A stretch of DNA of 32,000 nt from an uncultured Opitutales bacterium (GCA_934613415.1 CAKTSY010000003.1:270001-302000), one strand, 5' to 3'. Shown: positions 1 through 11,260, numbered from the stretch's first letter. Numbers and translations are program-made. Notes: generated from the sequence alone by a model not told the origin.

Positions 1-967
1 TTTCCTTCGAGGGAGCATCTTCGTCTTCGTCGGAGAAAGCCTTAATCGGAGGAACGTCTAAGGGGCTGGGCAAGTAGTCTACAACCGAGTCGAGCAACAT
101 CTGAACGCCCTTGTTTTTAAATGCCGAGCCGGGAATTACGCCTACAAATTCGCGGGTCATTGTAGCTTTGCGAACGCCAAGCCTCAATTCGTTGGCGGTA
201 AAGTCTTCGCTGCCTTCGAGAAATTTTTCCATAATGGCGTCGTCGAAGTCTGCAATGCCTTCGATAAGGCCGCGGCGATATTCTTCTGCCTTTTCCTTGT
301 ATTCGGAGGGAATTTCTACAACGTCGTACTTAACACCGTTGGGGTCGTTTTCGTCGTAGATATATGCCTTCATTTCGATAAGGTCTATCAAGCCTTTAAA
401 GTCGGCTTCGGCACCTATCGGCAAATACAAAGGATGGGGATTACCCCTTAATTTGTTCTTAATATCTTCAACTGCGCCGTAGAAGTCTGCACCGGTTCTG
501 TCCATCTTGTTGATGAAAGCAATACGGGGAACATGGTATTTGTTCATCTGACGCCATACGGTTTCCGACTGGGGCTGTACGCCTGCAACCGAGCAGAATA
601 CTGCAACGGCACCGTCGAGAACACGCAACGAACGTTCTACTTCGGCTGTAAAGTCAACGTGTCCGGGAGTGTCGATAAGGTTGATTTGGTGTTCGATACC
701 GGCAAAAGGACCGTCTTTTGTTTTCCACGAGCAGGAAATAGCCGAGGAAGTAATTGTAATACCGCGTTCGCGTTCCTGTTCCATCCAGTCGGTTACTGCA
801 GTACCTTCGTGAACTTCGCCGATTTTGTGAACTACGCCCGAGTAGAACAATATACGTTCCGAACATGTGGTTTTACCCGCGTCGATGTGGGCGGATATAC
901 CAATGTTACGGGTATATTCCAAAGGCTTCGGCCTGTTGGGAGAATTTTTTTCTGATAAATTAGCCAT
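1..967 (-). CDS. fusA: Elongation factor G, N-terminal ~322 codons (3' part of the gene lies beyond the window start)
   Basis: It is absent from the ORF track because it has no in-window stop. My minus-strand translation from ATG (complement of 965-967) reads [44 protein letters not shown]...[10 protein letters not shown]...[11 protein letters not shown], which carries the G1/G3/G4 GTPase motifs of EF-G. It sits directly downstream of rpsG, as in str operons. Confidence 0.93.
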   Translation of the reverse strand, partial: MANLSEKNSPNRPKPLEYTRNIGISAHIDAGKTTCSERILFYSGVVHKIGEVHEGTAVTDWMEQERERGITITSSAISCSWKTKDGPFAGIEHQINLIDTPGHVDFTAEVERSLRVLDGAVAVFCSVAGVQPQSETVWRQMNKYHVPRIAFINKMDRTGADFYGAVEDIKNKLRGNPHPLYLPIGAEADFKGLIDLIEMKAYIYDENDPNGVKYDVVEIPSEYKEKAEEYRRGLIEGIADFDDAIMEKFLEGSEDFTANELRLGVRKATMTREFVGVIPGSAFKNKGVQMLLDSVVDYLPSPLDVPPIKAFSDEDEDAPSKE

Positions 968-989
968 ATTATTACAGGTCGTTTAGTTG

Positions 990-1460
990 TTACCAACGCA
1001 AGTGCGCAAAAGCCTTGTTTGCCTGCGCCATTTTGTGAACGTCTTCGCGCTTTTTAACAACCGTACCCGTGTTGTTGTATGCGTCTACAATTTCCGAAGC
1101 CAAAGCGTCGGCCATGGGAAGCTTCTTGCCCTTTGCTGCGGCAATCAACCATCTGAAAGCCAAAGTTTGCTGGCGTTCGTAGGGAATTTCTACGGGAACT
1201 TGGTATGTGGCGCCGCCAACTCTTCTGCTCTTAACTTCTACCTTGGGGCGAATGTTTTCGAGTGCGCCCAACATCAAATCGATGGGATCGCCCTTTTCGA
1301 GCTTTTCGCTAACTTTTTCGATAGCTCCATAAACGATACGTTCGGCGGTGGACTTTTTGCCCCTCTCCATAACCATATTTATAAGGTGGCTAACCAATGT
1401 GCTCTTAAAACGAGAATCGGGAGTGCGTTCCCTTTTTACTGCTCTGTGTCTGCGTGACAT
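990..1460 (-). CDS. rpsG: 30S ribosomal protein S7
   Basis: The 156-aa ORF reads [18 protein letters not shown]...[11 protein letters not shown]...AFAHLRW, a typical full-length S7. It lies between rpsL and fusA. Confidence 0.97.
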   Translation of the reverse strand: MSRRHRAVKRERTPDSRFKSTLVSHLINMVMERGKKSTAERIVYGAIEKVSEKLEKGDPIDLMLGALENIRPKVEVKSRRVGGATYQVPVEIPYERQQTLAFRWLIAAAKGKKLPMADALASEIVDAYNNTGTVVKKREDVHKMAQANKAFAHLRW

Positions 1461-1484
1461 TTTTTAATCCTTAGTTAAATTCAA

Positions 1485-1868
1485 TTATTTCTTGGCCGCC
1501 TTTGGACGCTTTACACCGTACTTTGAACGGCTGCGACGACGTTTTTCTACGCCGACTGCGTCGAGCGTACCGCGAACAATGTGATAACGAACACCGGGCA
1601 AGTCTTTTACACGACCACCGCGCAAAAGAACAACGCTGTGTTCCTGCAAATTGTGACCTTCGTCGGGTATGTATGCGATTACTTCGTAACCCGTTGTTAA
1701 ACGAACTTTCGCCACCTTACGAATAGCCGAATTAGGCTTTTTAGGTGTACGGGTCATTACCTGTACACATACGCCGCGGCGGAAAGGCGATTCTTTCAGC
1801 GCAGGCGCTTTGCTCTTGGCTTTTGCCAACGTACGTGGCTTGCGAACTAACTGATTTATTGTAGGCAT
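1485..1868 (-). CDS. rpsL: 30S ribosomal protein S12
   Basis: The 127-aa ORF reads [12 protein letters not shown]...[17 protein letters not shown]...[17 protein letters not shown], which is canonical S12. Confidence 0.97.
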   Translation of the reverse strand: MPTINQLVRKPRTLAKAKSKAPALKESPFRRGVCVQVMTRTPKKPNSAIRKVAKVRLTTGYEVIAYIPDEGHNLQEHSVVLLRGGRVKDLPGVRYHIVRGTLDAVGVEKRRRSRSKYGVKRPKAAKK

Positions 1869-2007
1869 ATTGTCTATTTTATGGAATAAAGAATTTGTAA
1901 GTTATGTTTTATAACGCTTTTTGCAAGTATTATTTTCAATTTTTAACAAAAAGTCGCAAGGGACATTCGCAACTAAAGCCCCTCGCGGCGAAAATTTTTC
2001 GGTTATT

Positions 2008-5000
2008 TTACGAGTTTTCCTCTGTTTTTTCGGCTTCGGGCTGCTCGGTTTGGAAGTTTTCTTCCTCGTCGACCAACGGCGTTACCGTAAGTTTGCGATA
2101 GGCCTGCAAGCCCGTACCTGCGGGTATGAGATTGCCCATTATCACGTTTTCCTTGAAACCTTCAAGTTTATCTACCTTGCCCAATGTGGCGGCTTCGGTC
2201 AATACTCTTGTTGTTTCCTGGAAAGATGCCGCGCTTATAAAGCTTTCGGTTTCGAGGCTGGCCTTTGTTATACCGAGCAATATCGGTTCGCCTTCGGCGG
2301 GTTGCCCGCCCGCATCTTCAATTCTGGCGTTTTCCGTTTCAAACTCGTATTTGTCGACCTGTTGACCCCAGAAATAATCCGAGTCGCCCGGATCGGTTAC
2401 CCTTACCTTGCGCAACATTCTTGAAATTATTACCTCTATGTGCTTGTCGTTAATTGTAACACCCTGCTTGCGGTAAACCTTTTGGATTTCCCTTAGCAAG
2501 TGTTCCTGTACGGCGACAGGCCCCATAATTTCGAGGATTTCGTTCGGGTCGGGGCTGCCTTCGGTAAGGAACTGGCCTTTTACAACCTTGTCGTCGGCTT
2601 GAACGATAATGTTCTTGCTGTGCGGAATAAGGTGTTCCTCTATAATGGGCTTGCCCGACTTGTCTTTCTTTTCCGATTCGATAATTATTACCTTCTTGCC
2701 GCGGCGTGCATTGCCGAATCTTACAATGCCTTCCATTCTTGCCATTTCGGCGGCTTCCTTGGGACGGCGCGCTTCGAACAACTCGGCAACTCTGGGCAAA
2801 CCGCCCGTAATGTCCTGTGTTTTTGCAGCCTGACGCGGTGTTTTTGCAAGCATTACACCGGGGCGAATTTGCGTGCCTTCGCTTACTACAACCTGAGCCC
2901 CCGTGGGAACTGCAAACGAGGTTATGGGCTTGTCGGACTTGTCGAGAATTACTATTCTCGGGTTTAGGTCTTCCTTGTGGTCTATAACCGTTGTGGTAAT
3001 TCTGTTCGAAGAAGAGTCTAGCGAGCGGCTTACCGTTACGCCTTCAATCATATCTTCGAATGCAATCTTACCGCCCTTGTCTGCCAAAATAGGCGTGCTG
3101 TGTTGGTCCCACTGGGCAAGTGTTTCGCCCTTTTCGATAATGTCGCCGTCGCTCTTTGTAAGAATAGAGCCTGCAACTATATTGTATTCTTCAAGAACGT
3201 TGTCTGCGTCGTTTTCGTCTACAATCGAGATTTTACCCGTCTTGTTCAAAACAACGTGCAGGCCTTCTTTAATGTCTACAATGTTAAGGTTTTCAAATTT
3301 CAATTTACCGCGAACTTTAACCACAATTTCGGGCATTTTGGTAGAAGCCGAAGCAATACCGCCAACGTGGAAGGTTCTCATTGTAAGCTGAGTACCCGGT
3401 TCGCCGATGGACTGCGCCGCTATAATACCAACAGCCGTGCCCTTTTCTACCAACTTTTGGGTAGACGGGTCTACACCGTATGCCTTTGCGGGAATTGCAT
3501 TGCGCTTTAAGTGTGTAAGCGGGCTCATTACCTTTACCTTTTCAACACCGCTGTTTACAATCTTGTTTGCCATGTCTTCGGTAATCAATTCGCCGGCTTT
3601 GGCCAAGATTTCGTCGGGTTTGAAGGGGTTGGCAACGTCTACCGCAGCGCATCTGCCTATGATACGGTCGATAAGCGGAACGATTTCGTCGTCGCCGTCG
3701 TAAATTGCTTCTTTTGTTACGCCAATGCCCGTGTTTTGTACGTCGTCGTCGGTAATAATTACGTCCATTGCAACATCGCAAAGCTTACGGGTCATATAAC
3801 CTGCGTCTGCCGTCTTAAGAGCGGTATCCGCCAAACCTTTACGCGCACCGTGCGATGAAATAAAGTATTCCAAAACGCTCAAGCCTTCACGGAAGCACGA
3901 AAGAATAGGTCTTTCGATAATTTCGCCGTTGGGCTTAGCCATAAGACCACGAGCACCGCAAAGCTGACGAACCTGCGCTTTATTACCTCTAGCACCAGAA
4001 TCCATCAAAACGTAAACGGGGTTTATGTATTGGCGGCCGTTAACCTTTTCGTGCGGTCTCGACAAGTTGGCAAATGCAGCCTTACCGATATCGTCGGAGG
4101 CAACATTCCAAATATCCTTAACCTTTTGCGAACGTTCGCCCTTTGTAATTTTACCCTTTAAGTATTCCTTTTCGATATTGTCTATTTCGGCGCGGGCTTT
4201 CTTTATGATTGTGGGCTTTTCGGGCGGCATATCCATATCGCCAATACCGATAGAAATACCGGCTTCTGTAGAAGTTCTAAAGCCCAAAGCTTTCAAAGCG
4301 TCCAAATACTTAGACGAGTCGCGCTTGCCCTTAATCTTAAAGGTATTCAAAATAAGGTCGCCCAATTTGCCTTTGGGAACGCAGAAGTTTATAAAGCCCA
4401 ATTCCGCCGGCCAAATTCTAGAGAACAATACGCGGCCAACCGTTGTGCGGATAATTTTTTGGTCTTTCTTGCCGTAGATTGTGTCTTTACCGTAGTCGGG
4501 GTTTACATAGTCAATCCAGTCGTGCCAGTGAATCATACCTTCGGAGTGGGCATATTCCACTTCGTGATCGTTCGAAAACAGGCAAACGTGCTCGCCCTTT
4601 GCGGGCTTCCAAGAGGGTTCGTAGGTGATATAATACGCACCCAAAACGATATCCTGCGAAGGCGTTAAGATAGGCTTACCCGACGAAGGCGAGAACACGT
4701 TGTTGCTTGCCAACATCAAAAGTTTTGCCTCCATAATAGCCTCTAGCGAAAGGGGAACGTGAACCGCCATTTGGTCGCCGTCGAAGTCGGCATTGTATGC
4801 CGCGCAAACCAAGGGGTGCAAACGAATTGCGCTGCCTTCGATAAGCACGGGCTCGAAAGCCTGAATGGAAAGTCTGTGAAGGGTCGGAGCTCTGTTGAGC
4901 ATTACAGGGTGCCCTTCGGTTACTTCTTCCAAAATATCCCAAACTTCGGGCGAGCGTTTTTCTATCATCTTGCGCGCCGAGCGAACTGTGTGTACAAAGC

Positions 5001-6177
5001 CCAATTCCTTTAGGCGGCGAATAATGAAAGGTTCGAACAAAGTAAGAGCCATTTTCTTTGGCAAGCCGCACTGGTACAACTTAAGTTCGGGGCCGATAAC
5101 GATAACCGAACGGCCGGAATAGTCTACACGCTTACCCAACAAGTTTTGACGGAAACGACCCTGCTTGCCCTTAAGCATATCGGAAATGCTCTTTAAGGGT
5201 CTGTTGCCTGCACCCGTTACCGCGCGGCCGTGGCGGCCGTTGTCGAACAGGGCGTCTACAGATTCTTGCAACATTCTCTTTTCGTTATGAATGATAACGT
5301 CGGGGGTCTTCATCGCCATAAGGCTCTTTAGACGATTGTTGCGGTTAATTACGCGCCTGTACAAGTCGTTTAAGTCGGAAGTTGCAAACCTGCCGCCTTC
5401 CAAGGGAACTAAGGGGCGCAAGTCGGGCGGAATTACGGGCAATACTTTTAGCACCATCCATTCGGGACGCGCATTGCTTTGTATAAAACCCTGAATAAGT
5501 TTTAACCTTTTCGCCAGGCGTTTTTTGATTTGCTTGGAGCGTGTAGAGCGCATTTGCTCTTCAAGTTCGGCGGCCATTTTGTCGAGGTCTATTTCCTCGA
5601 GCAATGTGCGGATTGCCTCCGCGCCCATTTCGGCCTTAAAAGAATCGTCGCCAAAGTCGTCTATCGCTTTTTGATAGTCTTCTTCCGAAAGCAACTGCAT
5701 CTTTTTCAACGAAGTCTGCATCGGATCTATTACGATGTATTTTTCGTAGTAGATTACGCTTTCGAGTGCTTTGGAAGTCATATCCAAAACCAAGCCCAAG
5801 CGGCTGGGCATACTCTTTAAGAACCAGATGTGCGAAACGGGAACTGCCAATTCTATATGGCCCATTCTTTCGCGACGAACCCTAGATGTTGTAACTTCAA
5901 CACCGCACCTTTCGCAAACTTGGTCTTTATACCTAATGCGTTTATATTTGCCGCAAGCGCATTCGTAGTCGCGCACGGGTCCGAAAATCTTTTGGCAGAA
6001 CAAACCGCCCGGTTCGGGCTTGAATGTGCGGTAATTGATTGTTTCGGGATTTTTAACCTCGCCTCTCGACCACGAAATTATTGTTTCGGGCGAAGCCAAG
6101 GCTATTGAAACGCTGTCGAAGCCGTTTGTATTGTCAAATCCGAGAACTTCTCTTACTTGTTGTTTATTGTCTTCCAT
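2008..6177 (-). CDS. rpoC: DNA-directed RNA polymerase subunit beta'
   Basis: The 1389-aa ORF carries the zinc-binding CxC..CxxC region (YECACGKYK...CERCGVEV), the NADFDGD catalytic motif ([15 protein letters not shown]) and trigger-loop/bridge-helix-like segments. It follows rpoB after a 29-bp gap. Confidence 0.98.
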   Translation of the reverse strand: MEDNKQQVREVLGFDNTNGFDSVSIALASPETIISWSRGEVKNPETINYRTFKPEPGGLFCQKIFGPVRDYECACGKYKRIRYKDQVCERCGVEVTTSRVRRERMGHIELAVPVSHIWFLKSMPSRLGLVLDMTSKALESVIYYEKYIVIDPMQTSLKKMQLLSEEDYQKAIDDFGDDSFKAEMGAEAIRTLLEEIDLDKMAAELEEQMRSTRSKQIKKRLAKRLKLIQGFIQSNARPEWMVLKVLPVIPPDLRPLVPLEGGRFATSDLNDLYRRVINRNNRLKSLMAMKTPDVIIHNEKRMLQESVDALFDNGRHGRAVTGAGNRPLKSISDMLKGKQGRFRQNLLGKRVDYSGRSVIVIGPELKLYQCGLPKKMALTLFEPFIIRRLKELGFVHTVRSARKMIEKRSPEVWDILEEVTEGHPVMLNRAPTLHRLSIQAFEPVLIEGSAIRLHPLVCAAYNADFDGDQMAVHVPLSLEAIMEAKLLMLASNNVFSPSSGKPILTPSQDIVLGAYYITYEPSWKPAKGEHVCLFSNDHEVEYAHSEGMIHWHDWIDYVNPDYGKDTIYGKKDQKIIRTTVGRVLFSRIWPAELGFINFCVPKGKLGDLILNTFKIKGKRDSSKYLDALKALGFRTSTEAGISIGIGDMDMPPEKPTIIKKARAEIDNIEKEYLKGKITKGERSQKVKDIWNVASDDIGKAAFANLSRPHEKVNGRQYINPVYVLMDSGARGNKAQVRQLCGARGLMAKPNGEIIERPILSCFREGLSVLEYFISSHGARKGLADTALKTADAGYMTRKLCDVAMDVIITDDDVQNTGIGVTKEAIYDGDDEIVPLIDRIIGRCAAVDVANPFKPDEILAKAGELITEDMANKIVNSGVEKVKVMSPLTHLKRNAIPAKAYGVDPSTQKLVEKGTAVGIIAAQSIGEPGTQLTMRTFHVGGIASASTKMPEIVVKVRGKLKFENLNIVDIKEGLHVVLNKTGKISIVDENDADNVLEEYNIVAGSILTKSDGDIIEKGETLAQWDQHSTPILADKGGKIAFEDMIEGVTVSRSLDSSSNRITTTVIDHKEDLNPRIVILDKSDKPITSFAVPTGAQVVVSEGTQIRPGVMLAKTPRQAAKTQDITGGLPRVAELFEARRPKEAAEMARMEGIVRFGNARRGKKVIIIESEKKDKSGKPIIEEHLIPHSKNIIVQADDKVVKGQFLTEGSPDPNEILEIMGPVAVQEHLLREIQKVYRKQGVTINDKHIEVIISRMLRKVRVTDPGDSDYFWGQQVDKYEFETENARIEDAGGQPAEGEPILLGITKASLETESFISAASFQETTRVLTEAATLGKVDKLEGFKENVIMGNLIPAGTGLQAYRKLTVTPLVDEEENFQTEQPEAEKTEENS

Positions 6178-6206
6178 CGGAAAATTCCTTTTTGTATGCT
6201 GTTAGC

Positions 6207-9200
6207 CTATTCTTCGGTAGCGTCGCTGCTGTTGACTTTAACGTTCAAGCACAAGCTTTGCATTTCCTTCATCAAAACATTGAAGGACTGCGGAACGCCG
6301 GCCTGCAGCGAATTGTCGCCCTTAACAAGCTGTTCGTAAATCTTGGTTCTGCCCTGAACGTCGTCGCTTTTTACAGTAAGCAATTCCTGCAAAGTATAGG
6401 CGGCACCATACGCTTCGAGAGCCCAAACTTCCATTTCGCCGAACCTTTGGCCGCCGTATTGAGCTTTGCCGCCCAAAGGCTGCTGGGTTATAAGGCTGTA
6501 GGGACCTACCGCACGGGCGTGAATCTTGTCGGCAACCAAGTGGTTTAGCTTCATCATATAGATGTAGCCAACAACAACGTCTTGGTCCATATAGTCGCCC
6601 GTAAGACCGTCTATTAGGCGGCATTTGCCGCTTGCGGGGAAGTCTGACTTAACGAGGTAGTCGCGTATATCGTGTTCGCTAATACCGTCGAAAATGGGGG
6701 TTGCAACCTTAAAGCCAAGCTTTTTGCAAGCCCAACCTAAGTGGGTTTCCAAAACCTGACCTACGTTCATTCGGCTGGGAACGCCCATGGGGTTTAGACA
6801 GATTTCTACGGGAGTACCGTCTTCCATATAGGGCATATCCTCTTCGGGAACTATGCGGGCAACAATACCTTTGTTACCGTGGCGGCCCGCCATCTTGTCG
6901 CCAACTTGAATCTTGCGCTTGGCGGCAATGTAAATCTTAACGTTCTTGATTGTACTTTGGGCTTCGCCTTCGCCGCTTTCGAGAATGTCTTTCTTGCGCG
7001 CGGTTTCGTTTTCAACTTCGGCAAATTTAAGCTGATAGTTGTCGATTATTTCCATAATCTTGTTGCGAACCGGCGAGGGGTCTATCTCGATATTCTTCGA
7101 GATTGCCGACAACCTGCGCAAAAGTGTTTTTGTGATTTTGCGGTTTGCAGGAATTATAACTTCCTTAGTTTCGCTGTTGCGAACGTCTAAAGGAATCTTT
7201 TCGCCCAAAAGTACGTTCGACAAAGCTTCGGTTAGTTCGTCCTTTAGTTTGTCGAGCTGGGCTTTCGATTCTTCGTTGATTTTGCGAATCTGGCGCTTTG
7301 TGTCGCTGGGGCTTAATTTTTCGGTTTCCTTATCGACGCGGGTCGAAACCTTAACGTCCATAATAATACCTTCTGTGCCCGAGGGAACTTTAAGCGAAGT
7401 GTCTTTAACGTCGGCCGCCTTTTCGCCGAATATTGCCCTAAGCAATTTTTCTTCGGGGGCCAATTCGGTTTCGCTTTTGGGGGTAATTTTACCTACCAAA
7501 ATGTCGCCCGCTTTAACTTCGGCACCAACCCTGATTACGCCATTGCGGTCGAGGTTTTTAAGAGCTTCGTCGCCAACGTTGGGAATATCTCTTGTGATTT
7601 CTTCGGGCCCGAGCTTTGTGTCTCTGGCGGTAGCTTCGAACACTTCAATGTGAATAGAAGTAAATACGTCGTTTTTAATCAACTTTTCCGACAACAAAAT
7701 AGCGTCTTCAAAGTTGTAGCCGTTCCAAGGCATGAAAGCTACCAAAACGTTCTTGCCCAAAGCCAATTCGCCGCCCTGTGTGCTTGCGCCGTCGGCAAGC
7801 AAGTCGCCCTTCTTTACAAGTGCGCCCTTCTTTACAACGGGCTTTTGGTTAAAGCATGTTGCGTTGTTCGAGCGAATGAACTTGCGCAAATTGTATACAT
7901 ATACGCCCTTGTCGGCATCGGTCTTGTATATGCCGTCTACCTTCTTGGGCATTTGACCGTCGGGGGTAACAATAATGCGAATTGCGTCTACGCTGGCAAC
8001 CTTGCCCGCCGATTCCGAAAGAACAACCGTTCTGGAATCGCGCGCAACTGCACCTTCTATGCCGGTTCCTACAAAAGGAGATTCGGTCGTCAACAAAGGC
8101 ACGCCCTGACGTTGCATGTTTGAACCCATCAACGCACGGTTTGCGTCGTCGTGTTCCAAGAAGGGTATAAGACCCGTTGCAACCGAAACCAACTGCTTGG
8201 GGCTTACGTCCATATAGTCGATGTCTTCGGGAAGGGCTTCGTAGATTTCGTCGCGCTTTCTTACAACGCATTTGCCAACCAACTTTCCGTCTTTTACTTC
8301 GGAATTTGCCTGGGCAATGATTTTGCCCTCTTCCTGATCGGCTGTCAAATATACTATTTTACCCGTTACTTTGCCCTTAACGATTTCTCTGTAGGGAGTT
8401 TCGATAAAGCCGAATTCGTTGATTTTCGCATAGCTTGCCAACGAGTTAATCAAACCGATATTCGGACCTTCAGGAGTTTCAATCGGGCAAATTCTGCCGT
8501 AGTGCGAATAGTGAACGTCTCGAACTTCGAAGCCCGCTCTTTCGCGGCTTAAACCGCCCTGCCCCAAAGCCGAAAGTCTTCTTTTGTGGGTGAGTTCGGA
8601 AAGGGGATTGATTTGGTCCATAAACTGCGACAACTGGTTGCGCGCAAAGAATTCGCGAACCATTGCAGTCATAGACTTTGTGTTCATCAATTTGCCGGGG
8701 GTTAGGTTTTCGGTATTTTGTTCCGAAGCACTCATGTGCTCTCTAACCTGCTTTTCGGTGCGAGCCAAGCCCATCCTGCACTGGTTTGCCAAAAGCTCGC
8801 CAACTGTGCGTATACGGCGGCTGCCCAAGTGGTCTATATCGTCTATATAGCCTTCGCCCTTGCGCAATTTCGAAAGGTATTTTGTGCCTTCTACAATGTC
8901 TTCTATTGTAATAACCCTTGTTTCGAGCGGAGTTTTAAGACCCAATTTTTGGTTAATCTTAAAGCGGCCAACCCTGCCCAAGTCGTAGCGTTTCGGGTCT
9001 TGCAAAGTGCGGCGCAACAAAGCGCGTGCGTTTGCAACGTTTACGGGTTCGCCCGGGCGCAACTGTTTGTAAATTGTCTTTAAGGCTTCTTCTTCGTTCT
9101 TTGCAGGGTCTTTCTTGATAGCCCTTACAATAACGCCGTCGTCTACGGTGGTATCTATTACCTTAAATTCTGTAATGCCCGCCTTTTTAAAGTCCATAAT

Positions 9201-9983
9201 GGCGGTTTTTGTAAGGGTTTCGTACTGCTTAAGCAACACTTTGCCCTTGCCCTGACTGTCGGGGTCGGTTACCGCTTCGGCCAAAACGTAGTTGGAAACG
9301 TTTTCCATCTTTTCGGCCTTCTTTGTCGTCATATCCTGAACGTCGTAGAACAATTCTATAATCTCGCCGTTCGAGCTTTTGCCCATTGCGCGCAACAAAG
9401 TTGTTATCAAAAACTTTCTGCGGCGGCGGCGGCGGTCTATATAAACGTACAACAAGTCGTTTTGGTCGAACTGAACTTCAACCCAAGTACCCCTGTCGGG
9501 TATCAATCTGAAAGAAAATAGAGTTTTGCCCGAAGAGTGCAAAGTTTCTTCGTAGCATATGCCGGGGCTGCGGTGCAACTGGCTTACAACAACGCGTTCT
9601 GCGCCGTTTACAATAAACGACCCGCGCGATGTCATCATATTAAGTTCCCCCATGTAAAGCTCTTCGTCGCGCGTATTGTCGCCTTCTGTCAACCTCAAAG
9701 TAAGATATAAAGAAACCGAATAGGTAAGGCCTTCCTTAATGCATTCGTCTTCCGAGTGTTTTGGGCCGTCGAAACGGTAGGAAACGTACTCTAATTTAAT
9801 CTTTTCGTCATAGCTTGTTATGGGGAATATTTCGCTAAATACCGCATGAAGCCCCACCAATGCCCTCTTATTGGGCGCAACGTCTTTCTGCAAAAATTCC
9901 GCATAGGAATTCAGCTGGTTTTCAATAAGGTTAGGCAACCCTATTACCTCTTGCAACTTACCAAAGTTTCTTCGCTCTGACAT
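6207..9983 (-). CDS. rpoB: DNA-directed RNA polymerase subunit beta
   Basis: The 1258-aa ORF contains rifampicin-cluster-like sequence (FFARNQLSQFMDQINPLSELTHKRRLSALG), GRHGNKGIV and the C-terminal LNHLVADKIHARAVGPYSLITQQPLGGKAQYGGQRFGEMEVWALEAYGAAY. Confidence 0.98.
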   Translation of the reverse strand: MSERRNFGKLQEVIGLPNLIENQLNSYAEFLQKDVAPNKRALVGLHAVFSEIFPITSYDEKIKLEYVSYRFDGPKHSEDECIKEGLTYSVSLYLTLRLTEGDNTRDEELYMGELNMMTSRGSFIVNGAERVVVSQLHRSPGICYEETLHSSGKTLFSFRLIPDRGTWVEVQFDQNDLLYVYIDRRRRRRKFLITTLLRAMGKSSNGEIIELFYDVQDMTTKKAEKMENVSNYVLAEAVTDPDSQGKGKVLLKQYETLTKTAIMDFKKAGITEFKVIDTTVDDGVIVRAIKKDPAKNEEEALKTIYKQLRPGEPVNVANARALLRRTLQDPKRYDLGRVGRFKINQKLGLKTPLETRVITIEDIVEGTKYLSKLRKGEGYIDDIDHLGSRRIRTVGELLANQCRMGLARTEKQVREHMSASEQNTENLTPGKLMNTKSMTAMVREFFARNQLSQFMDQINPLSELTHKRRLSALGQGGLSRERAGFEVRDVHYSHYGRICPIETPEGPNIGLINSLASYAKINEFGFIETPYREIVKGKVTGKIVYLTADQEEGKIIAQANSEVKDGKLVGKCVVRKRDEIYEALPEDIDYMDVSPKQLVSVATGLIPFLEHDDANRALMGSNMQRQGVPLLTTESPFVGTGIEGAVARDSRTVVLSESAGKVASVDAIRIIVTPDGQMPKKVDGIYKTDADKGVYVYNLRKFIRSNNATCFNQKPVVKKGALVKKGDLLADGASTQGGELALGKNVLVAFMPWNGYNFEDAILLSEKLIKNDVFTSIHIEVFEATARDTKLGPEEITRDIPNVGDEALKNLDRNGVIRVGAEVKAGDILVGKITPKSETELAPEEKLLRAIFGEKAADVKDTSLKVPSGTEGIIMDVKVSTRVDKETEKLSPSDTKRQIRKINEESKAQLDKLKDELTEALSNVLLGEKIPLDVRNSETKEVIIPANRKITKTLLRRLSAISKNIEIDPSPVRNKIMEIIDNYQLKFAEVENETARKKDILESGEGEAQSTIKNVKIYIAAKRKIQVGDKMAGRHGNKGIVARIVPEEDMPYMEDGTPVEICLNPMGVPSRMNVGQVLETHLGWACKKLGFKVATPIFDGISEHDIRDYLVKSDFPASGKCRLIDGLTGDYMDQDVVVGYIYMMKLNHLVADKIHARAVGPYSLITQQPLGGKAQYGGQRFGEMEVWALEAYGAAYTLQELLTVKSDDVQGRTKIYEQLVKGDNSLQAGVPQSFNVLMKEMQSLCLNVKVNSSDATEE

Positions 9984-10089
9984 ATATTTATGATTTTGTA
10001 TGGTGAATTTATTTTACTTGCCCAATTTTTCAACCTGCAAGTCGCTTCGATTTTCCGCTAAAAAAAATTTAAAATCGCCGCTATTTTAA

Positions 10090-10131
10090 TAAAAAGGGCA
10101 AGCAAAGCCTCTATTTTAGGGGCTTTGCCTA
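10090..10131 (-). terminator. Attenuator-like hairpin between rplL and rpoB
   Basis: The minus-strand RNA has GCAAAGCC(CC)...loop...GGCUUUGC (complement of 10102-10109 and 10121-10128). It is followed by CUUGCCCUUUUUAUU, which is a short, interrupted U tract. The position matches the known rplL-rpoB attenuator of other bacteria. It is weak as a full terminator. Confidence 0.4.
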
Positions 10132-10167
10132 TCCGTAAATCAGCTTAAAAGTTGATAATCAAGTTAA

Positions 10168-10545
10168 TTACTTAATTTCAACTGTTGCGCCTGCTGCAGT
10201 CAATTTCTTTTCGATTTCGGCTGCTTCGTCCTTAGTTACGCCTTCTTTTACAGGCTTGGGAGCGCCGTCAACCAATTCCTTGGCTTCTTTCAAGCCGAGA
10301 CCTGTTATGCCGCGAACTTCTTTAATAACTGCAATCTTGTTTGCGCCAGCAGCTTTGAGAACTACTGTGAATTCTGTTTTTTCTTCAGCTGCGGGAGCTG
10401 CGCCGCCTGCTACTGCTACTGCAGCAACGGGAGCCGATGCTGTTACGCCCCATTTTTCTTCGAGTTCTTTTACCAAAGCAGCTGCTTCGAGAACTGTGAG
10501 GCCGCTGAGGAATTCTATTACTTGTTCTTTTGTTACTTCTGCCAT
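10168..10545 (-). CDS. rplL: 50S ribosomal protein L7/L12
   Basis: I used the internal ATG (complement of 10543-10545), which is preceded by AAGGAG (complement of 10555-10560). The product reads [34 protein letters not shown]...Ala-rich hinge...[51 protein letters not shown]. The 59 upstream in-frame codons of the tracked ORF are Lys/Arg-rich and I rejected them. Confidence 0.95.
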   Translation of the reverse strand: MAEVTKEQVIEFLSGLTVLEAAALVKELEEKWGVTASAPVAAVAVAGGAAPAAEEKTEFTVVLKAAGANKIAVIKEVRGITGLGLKEAKELVDGAPKPVKEGVTKDEAAEIEKKLTAAGATVEIK

Positions 10546-10752
10546 TTTATTTATCTCCTTTGAACGCTTAGTACCCTTTCGGGCGTTTAAGGAACAATTG
10601 CGTTCCCTAAGCTTATTCTTTAGTTGTTTTTTTTGACATTCCCTACGGCGTTTTGCCTTCGGGAAATAAAATTTTTTGTTTAGTTGTTTTTGTTTTTTAA
10701 AGCCTGCAACCTTTAAGTGCAAAAAATTGCAGGCGAATTATTGCCGCCGTAA
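10546..10752 (-). promoter_or_regulatory. Unusually long, highly structured rplJ-rplL intergenic spacer (candidate cis-regulatory or processing RNA)
   Basis: On the minus-strand RNA I see three structures. Hairpin 1 is GCCUGCAA/UUGCAGGC (10702-10734). Hairpin 2 is UUCCC/GGGAA (10639-10665). The third is a three-way junction closed by GCUUAG/CUAAGC (10566-10612). It encloses GGAAC-GCAAUU-GUUCC and CCC-GAAA-GGG (a GNRA loop) and ends 5 nt before the rplL SD. There are also two copies of an A-rich 13-mer. Confidence 0.4.
10619..10691 (-). repeat. Two perfect copies of a 13-nt direct repeat, exactly 60 bp apart
   Basis: The plus-strand TTTAGTTGTTTTT occurs at 10619-10631 and 10679-10691 (RNA sense AAAAACAACUAAA). 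Each copy follows a hairpin in the spacer. Confidence 0.8.
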
Positions 10753-11247
10753 TTAGGCCTGGGGAGCTTCTTCTTTTTCGCTCTTTGCCTTGATTACGTT
10801 CAACAAGCCCTGAGGAGCCGCCAACAAGATAGTCGAAAGCAACATCGAGCGGATACCGTCGAGGTTGGGAAGCTTGCTGAGAGCTTCAATTTCGTCCTTG
10901 TTCAAAAGCTTCTTGTCGAGCACGCCAACTTTAACGTCGGCTCTGTCGTTGTTCTTAAGGAAGTCTACAAGAATCTTTGCAACTTCTGTGGGCGATTTGC
11001 CGCCAGCTACAACACCTGTAGGCCCATTGAGAAATTCCGACATATCGGGCAATTCGCGCGATTTTGCGGCAATTTCGAAAATGGTGTTCTTTACAATGTG
11101 AAACTGTGCGCCCTTTTCGGCCAACTGTTTGCGCAAGTCGCTTGCTGCTGCAACCGTTACGCCTGTAAAGTTCATCAAGAACACATAGTCGGAGTCGGCA
11201 ATGTGGGCAACGGCTTCATCTATAAGGTATTTCTTTTCCGGTCTCAT
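10753..11247 (-). CDS. rplJ: 50S ribosomal protein L10
   Basis: The 164-aa ORF reads MRPEKKYLIDEAVAHI...LRKQLAEKGAQFHIVKNTI...LLSTILLAAPQGLLNVI, which is L10-like. It lies 13 nt downstream of rplA, so there is no room for an L10 leader. Confidence 0.94.
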   Translation of the reverse strand: MRPEKKYLIDEAVAHIADSDYVFLMNFTGVTVAAASDLRKQLAEKGAQFHIVKNTIFEIAAKSRELPDMSEFLNGPTGVVAGGKSPTEVAKILVDFLKNNDRADVKVGVLDKKLLNKDEIEALSKLPNLDGIRSMLLSTILLAAPQGLLNVIKAKSEKEEAPQA

Positions 11248-11260
11248 TTGTGTAAAACTC

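Noticed and set aside
2008-9983. Dozens of 60-200-aa ORFs in other frames and strands within rpoC and rpoB
   Set aside because: All are nested inside the two RNA polymerase genes. None has independent support.
10546-10722. In-frame 59-codon N-terminal extension of the rplL ORF ([17 protein letters not shown]...)
   Set aside because: The canonical L7/L12 N-terminus MAEVTKEQ begins at the internal ATG, which has a perfect AAGGAG SD. The extension is just the A-rich spacer read as Lys/Arg codons. I treat the region as RNA structure instead.
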